From assembly GCA_963745235.1 (NCBI GenBank), contig CAVUXE010000090.1, forward strand, positions 1 to 11,486: 11,486 bases of DNA, written 5' to 3'. The first letter of the stretch is position 1; each line of letters begins with the position of its first letter. The DNA is from an uncultured Spirochaetota bacterium (GTDB taxonomy: Bacteria > Spirochaetota > Spirochaetia > SZUA-6 > Fen-1364). Made by a program: the position numbers and the translations under genes. The notes below the pieces were generated by a model. It did not search any database. It was not told the DNA's origin and saw nothing but the letters and a program-made list of their open reading frames with translations. Shown in pieces: positions 5,904 to 11,486 of the stretch.

Positions 5904-7157
5904 CTACTGCGCCAGCCCAGCCTTCTGCACACGCTCGAGCCTCTTCAGCGTCTGCACCATGGACCGCGTTGTGTGGTAGTTGTTCTTCCAGGCGTGGCCG
6001 AGATAGTCCCACTTCACGGCGCCGTCCCTATCCAGGAGTGCGGACCATTCCCCCTGTTCGTGGTTGATCTGGTGATCCCAGACGAAATTGAAGACCTTGA
6101 GGAAGGCGTCCCAGAAGCGCGCGTCTTGGAACAGGAGGCAGCAGTCCAGGAGCCCCACCAGCGCCTCAGCCTGCTGCCAGAACTCTTTCTGCGTGTCCCG
6201 GGCCGGGCCGTCATGCGGGCCTTCAACAAACACGCCGCCGTGTTCCCAGTCCACCCCATAGGTCACGGTGTGTCGGGCCAGCGCGGAGAGCTTCTCACGC
6301 CAGGGGTCGACGCTTTCTCCCAGCACTTCCAGGGCATGCAGGAAGAGCCAGAGGAACTCGATGTTGTGCCCGTAGCTCGTGTTGTTCAGGGGCCGCGCGG
6401 CGCCTTCGTTGTCCCTGTCGGAGCCCCACACGGTGCGGAACATGATGGCGGGCAGCGGCGTGAAATCCAGGCTGAACTGGGCCAGCCCCGTCCAGGTCCC
6501 CGGATGAAACATCCGCGTCCAGAGCACATCGATCACCTCGAGGAGCTTTCGCCTGTGGATCTCCGCTCCCGTGAGCTCGTACAGCGTCGTGTATGCCTCC
6601 ATGAGGTGCATGTGCACGTCAAATGACTTCCTGTCACCGCCGAAGGCGCCCGAGGGACGCGGCTGCCAGTCACGCAGGAACATCTCCCGGTAGCCGCCGT
6701 TGGCCGTGTCAGCGGCATATTTCTGCACGAGGTCGAATGCGTGCTCTGCCGTTTTCCTGGCCTCCTGGCTCCCCGTCGCCTGCGCGCACTCACTCATGCA
6801 GTAGATGACGAAGCTCTGCCCGTACATGATCTTGTCAGTCGCCAGGGGCGCACCGCTTTTGTCCACGATCCAGAACCAGCCATCGTGCGTTTCATCCAGG
6901 AAGCTCTTCGAGAACCAGGCAAGCCCCGGCTCCAGGAGCTCCCGGGCCCGGCCCGCATCGAAGCCGTTCCTGATGGCGTGGGACAGCATGAAGATGGACC
7001 GTGTCTGCTGGATGAGGGTCTTGTCGGTCTGGCCTGTCGGCTTCCCGTTCCTGTCGAAGTACGTTGTGAACCCGCCCTCCGGGGCGGCCACCCGCTTGAA
7101 CCAGAAGGGATACAGCTTGTCTCTCAGGTAGCCATCGATCCGATCATAGAGCTCCAC
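5904..7157 (-). CDS. AGE-family sugar epimerase/isomerase (cellobiose 2-epimerase-like)
   Basis: Motifs KTLIQQTR, YGQSFVIY, DVHMHLMEA, SYGHNIE, WQQAEALVG and WKNNYHTTR match the AGE/CE (alpha/alpha)6-barrel family with three conserved His. SD GAGAGGAG before GTG. Confidence 0.93.
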   Translation of the reverse strand: MELYDRIDGYLRDKLYPFWFKRVAAPEGGFTTYFDRNGKPTGQTDKTLIQQTRSIFMLSHAIRNGFDAGRARELLEPGLAWFSKSFLDETHDGWFWIVDKSGAPLATDKIMYGQSFVIYCMSECAQATGSQEARKTAEHAFDLVQKYAADTANGGYREMFLRDWQPRPSGAFGGDRKSFDVHMHLMEAYTTLYELTGAEIHRRKLLEVIDVLWTRMFHPGTWTGLAQFSLDFTPLPAIMFRTVWGSDRDNEGAARPLNNTSYGHNIEFLWLFLHALEVLGESVDPWREKLSALARHTVTYGVDWEHGGVFVEGPHDGPARDTQKEFWQQAEALVGLLDCCLLFQDARFWDAFLKVFNFVWDHQINHEQGEWSALLDRDGAVKWDYLGHAWKNNYHTTRSMVQTLKRLERVQKAGLAQ

Positions 7158-7174
7158 GAGGCACTCCTCTCTCG

Positions 7175-7201
7175 AAAAAAAGGCGGCCTCCTGGCCGCCT
7201 T
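7175..7201 (-). terminator. Rho-independent terminator downstream of eno
   Basis: Minus strand AAGGCGGCC-AGGA-GGCCGCC followed by TTTTTTT, 21 nt after the eno stop. Confidence 0.9.
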
Positions 7202-7222
7202 CTCATGCGCGCGCTGTCGCGG

Positions 7223-8731
<1,509 letters not shown>

Positions 8732-8738
8732 GGCAGTG

Positions 8739-9637
8739 ATGAACTTCACGCTGACCACCCAGATGATCGACAAGATCGCGTTCGCCATGGAAGACCAGAA
8801 GGAGCGCTACGCGGTGGACGTGGACACAGGGGAACTGGTCACCCTCTCCTCCCGCTCGGGGGCGCTGTCTGAGGAGCGGTATGCACAGCTGCCCCGGTGG
8901 GGTTCCGCCGAGGGCTTCCACCTCATGGAGAGCTTTGTCACGTCCCTGGACAACCCCGCCTACCGGGAGCAGCTCGCCCACGCCCTCACCATGGGCAAGG
9001 GCGTGTTTCGAGCATTCAAGGACGCGCTGAAGGCCAGCAAGGAGATCGAGAAGCTCTGGTTCGCGTACAAGGAGCAGCGTCTGCGCGGCGTGATCGTGAG
9101 CTGGTACAACGCCAACCGGGAGGCGCGCGGGCTTGCCCAGCTTCCCGTGGAGCCGGAGGAGACCGAGGAGCTCGTGATGAGCGACTTCTCCTTCGCCTGG
9201 GGAGTGGGGGGGCACCGCGACGACATCCTCCGCCTGGACCGAGATGCCTTTTTCGAGCTGTTCCCCGGCGAGTCGCCGGAGCGCCTCGAGGAGAGATACG
9301 CGGAAAAGCGAAGCGGTTTGCCTGCCCTGGGAGCGGGCGAGGCTCCCATCCTGATCGCGGAGACTCCGGACGGGGAGCTTGCCGGCTTTGCATGGGGGCT
9401 CACGACGGCGGCTCCGTGCACATCATCCAGCTGGCCATCGTGCCTGGGTTGCGAGGCATTGGCCTGGGGGAGGCGATTCTGAGGAAGTTCCTGACGGACA
9501 TGCGCTCACGACAAATGCGGCGCCTGACCGCGGAGCTGGTGGGCAAGTCGCTGCGGTTTTCCGACTTTTTCCAGTCCGTGGGATTTCGACCGGTGACCCA
9601 GGTGCTGGAGTGCAGCCTGGACGATCTGCCCTATTGA
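8739..9637 (+). CDS. UPF0158-domain protein fused to a C-terminal GNAT acetyltransferase domain; one apparent -1 indel at about 9403
   Basis: N-terminus MNFTLTTQMIDKIAFAMED...GFHLMESFV...GKGVFRAFKDAL...W is UPF0158-like. The C-terminus continues in the other frame as VHIIQLAIVPGLRGIGLGEAIL (acetyl-CoA motif RxxGxG) and FFQSVGF. Joined length is 299 aa. Confidence 0.82.
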
Positions 9638-10462
9638 CTGAGCGGTGACTGCTGCGGGGGCTGGCGCCTGGAAAGGATGATCTGCGCGGCCTCCCGGAAG
9701 CCCGCCGCGCAGTCCGCCTCGTGATGAACTCGGGCAGGTGCCGGATGCGAGGCAGGAAGCCGCGGATGTTCCCCACCGCAATGGAATGAGGAAACCCTTC
9801 GAACAGCGGTTCATCGTTGGGCGAGTCCCCGATGAAGATTGCCTTCTCGGCAAGCTCGGAGAAGGCCGCCCCGGCATCCTCCTCCACAGAACATCCGCGC
9901 CCCGGACAGCTTGTCGAAGTCGCCCATCCAGAAGTTCACGTGGATGCTGGAGACCTTGAAGTGAACGCCTTCCTCGGCCAGGACGCGGCAGATGGCCTCC
10001 ACCTTCTCAATGGGGAGCGGCGGCACGTCCTCGCAGTAGTCGATGGCGACGTCGCTGATGCGAAAGGGCTGGTCCGCCGCCAGGGCGGTTCCCGGGACTT
10101 CTTTCAGAACACGCTCTGCCACGCGCAGCAGGACGTCCGCGCGGGCCGGGGAGCCGTCCTGGCGGCGTCTGTTCATCCGGTGCGCCGTCCTGTCGTACGA
10201 ATAGACAAAGGCGCCGTTCTCTCCGACCACCGCGGCCACCGGCCACATCCGCGCGATATGATCGCACCAGCCAGCCGGCCTGCCCGGTGACGGGGACTAT
10301 CCTGATGCCGGCGCGCGAAAGCTCCCACAAGGAAAGGTAGGAGAAATCCGGAAGCATGCCGTCAGTCGTCAGAGTGTCGTCGATATCCGCAAACAGGTAT
10401 TGGAGCTCCTGGCAGAGCGTCGAGGGCAGAGAGCCGACAGGGAAGGGACGCGAAGAGCTCAC
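9631..10462 (-). CDS. HAD-IIB family hydrolase; three apparent indels at about 10284, 9888 and 9720
   Basis: Motif I FADIDDTLT, motif II VPVTGRPAGW (after correction), VVGENGA, SSIHVN...DK, motif IV FIGDSPNDEPLF, ending ADCAAGFREAAQIILSRR... at TAG 9631-9633. Confidence 0.88.
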
Positions 10463-10473
10463 GGGGGGCTCTC

Positions 10474-11428
10474 TCAGTGCAACGGCCCGGTTTCGGGCGT
10501 CTCGACCCCGCCTCCACCCCCCAGCCCCTGTTCGGCAAGCAGCCGAAGGCGAGCCCGCTCCGTCCGTTCATGCAATTTCCTGAGATCCGCCATGACGGCA
10601 TCCGCCGCGTGCTGTTTGTGGTTCTCCATGTGAAGACGTTCGCGCAGGCCTTCCCGACGGAACTCTGAGCACCTGCGCACCGGGCTCACCGTGTAGATCA
10701 TGACATCCTTCGCCACGAAGTCCTCATCCATGCACCCGTTGGGGTTCGGGAGAAGGCAGTTGCCGTTCACGGCAACGGTGACAACGTAGGAGTAGAACTT
10801 CAGGTACGAATCTATTTCCGGAAGGCCACGGCCCGTGGAAGGGTCCCAGGGACGGTAGCGCGTCCCGGAGGGGAACACGAGGATGAGCCGACCCTGCTTG
10901 CGAAGCGCGTTCAACATCTTCATGGCGGCAATGTTGATCCGCGCCCGCTTCTTCTCAGCTTCTCTCAGTTGCCGTGGGTCAGTGATGCTCCCGAAGGACC
11001 GGGCGGGGTACAGGACCACCCGCGTGAAGACCTCCGTAAATGCCAGGACCAGCTTGCTCGTCTCGTTCAGCTTCACCCCGGCAACGGATACGATGGAGCC
11101 GGCAATGTCCTGTCATCTCGTCGTTCCCCTGCTCCAGCAGCTCGTAGAAGCAGGGGATGTCGAAGTTGCTGTAGTGCTCCATGAGGACAAGGCAGGCTTT
11201 CCTCCGCTGCGCCAGGTGGCGGAGCTCGGAAAGGTGCTCCCTGCCTATGATCCTGCTGCCAGGCAGCATCACGTCCTGGACGATCTGTCTCAAGAGCGGC
11301 TTGTTGGTCGGGTTCCCTTCCTGGTAGACGTTCTTTTCGGTCACCATGGGAGAACCTGTCGAGCTGTCTATCATCCTGCGGATGATGTCCACGTATTTGC
11401 TGTTGTTCAGAACGGACTCTTCGTGCAT
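10474..11428 (-). CDS. Glycerol-3-phosphate / 1-acyl-sn-glycerol-3-phosphate acyltransferase (PlsC-like superfamily); one apparent +1 indel at about 11113
   Basis: HxxxxD motif LMEHYSNFD in the 11428 frame; VAGVKL and LVFPSGTRYR in the 11076 frame. Removing one base in GAGATGACAGGAC gives EMQDIAGSIVSVAG and 317 aa. Confidence 0.88.
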
Positions 11429-11434
11429 GACAAG

Positions 11435-11469
11435 ATCGTATTGTGGACGATGAGGAAGAAAGCTGTCAA
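11435..11469 (-). promoter_or_regulatory. Putative promoter of the acyltransferase-HAD pair
   Basis: TTGACA (11469-11464), 18 bp, CACAAT (11445-11440); an alternative -10 TACGAT (11440-11435) lies 6 nt before the ATG. No SD. Confidence 0.5.
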
Positions 11470-11486
11470 TGCGTCGGCAATACGTG

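Noticed and set aside
8739-9637. GNAT toxin-antitoxin module
   Set aside because: No separate RHH/DUF1778-type antitoxin gene, and the context is housekeeping.

Overview
GC-rich bacterial chromosomal window, most likely from a Spirochaetia genome (inferred from the integrase type, the UPF0158 protein and the HYSNFD-type acyltransferase). Most of it is housekeeping: GT2 glycosyltransferase, rlpA, rpiA, FAH-family hydrolase, AGE/cellobiose 2-epimerase-like enzyme, enolase, UPF0158-GNAT fusion, HAD-IIB hydrolase and an acyltransferase. The left end has tRNA-Arg(CCT) followed by a 29-bp palindrome, direct repeats and a tyrosine integrase that breaks off before its HxxR/H/Y catalytic motifs at about 420. 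Beyond that point the DNA carries a REP-like inverted repeat and heptamer tandem repeats that look foreign, suggesting either a cross-lineage junction or a chimera. At least nine single-base indels split conserved genes, including enolase, and are best explained as long-read sequencing errors. A 45-aa ORF missed by the ORF track lies at 4564-4701 (-). Several genes appear leaderless. I see no convincing complete novel system; the best leads are the integrase junction, the small ORF and the UPF0158-GNAT fusion.
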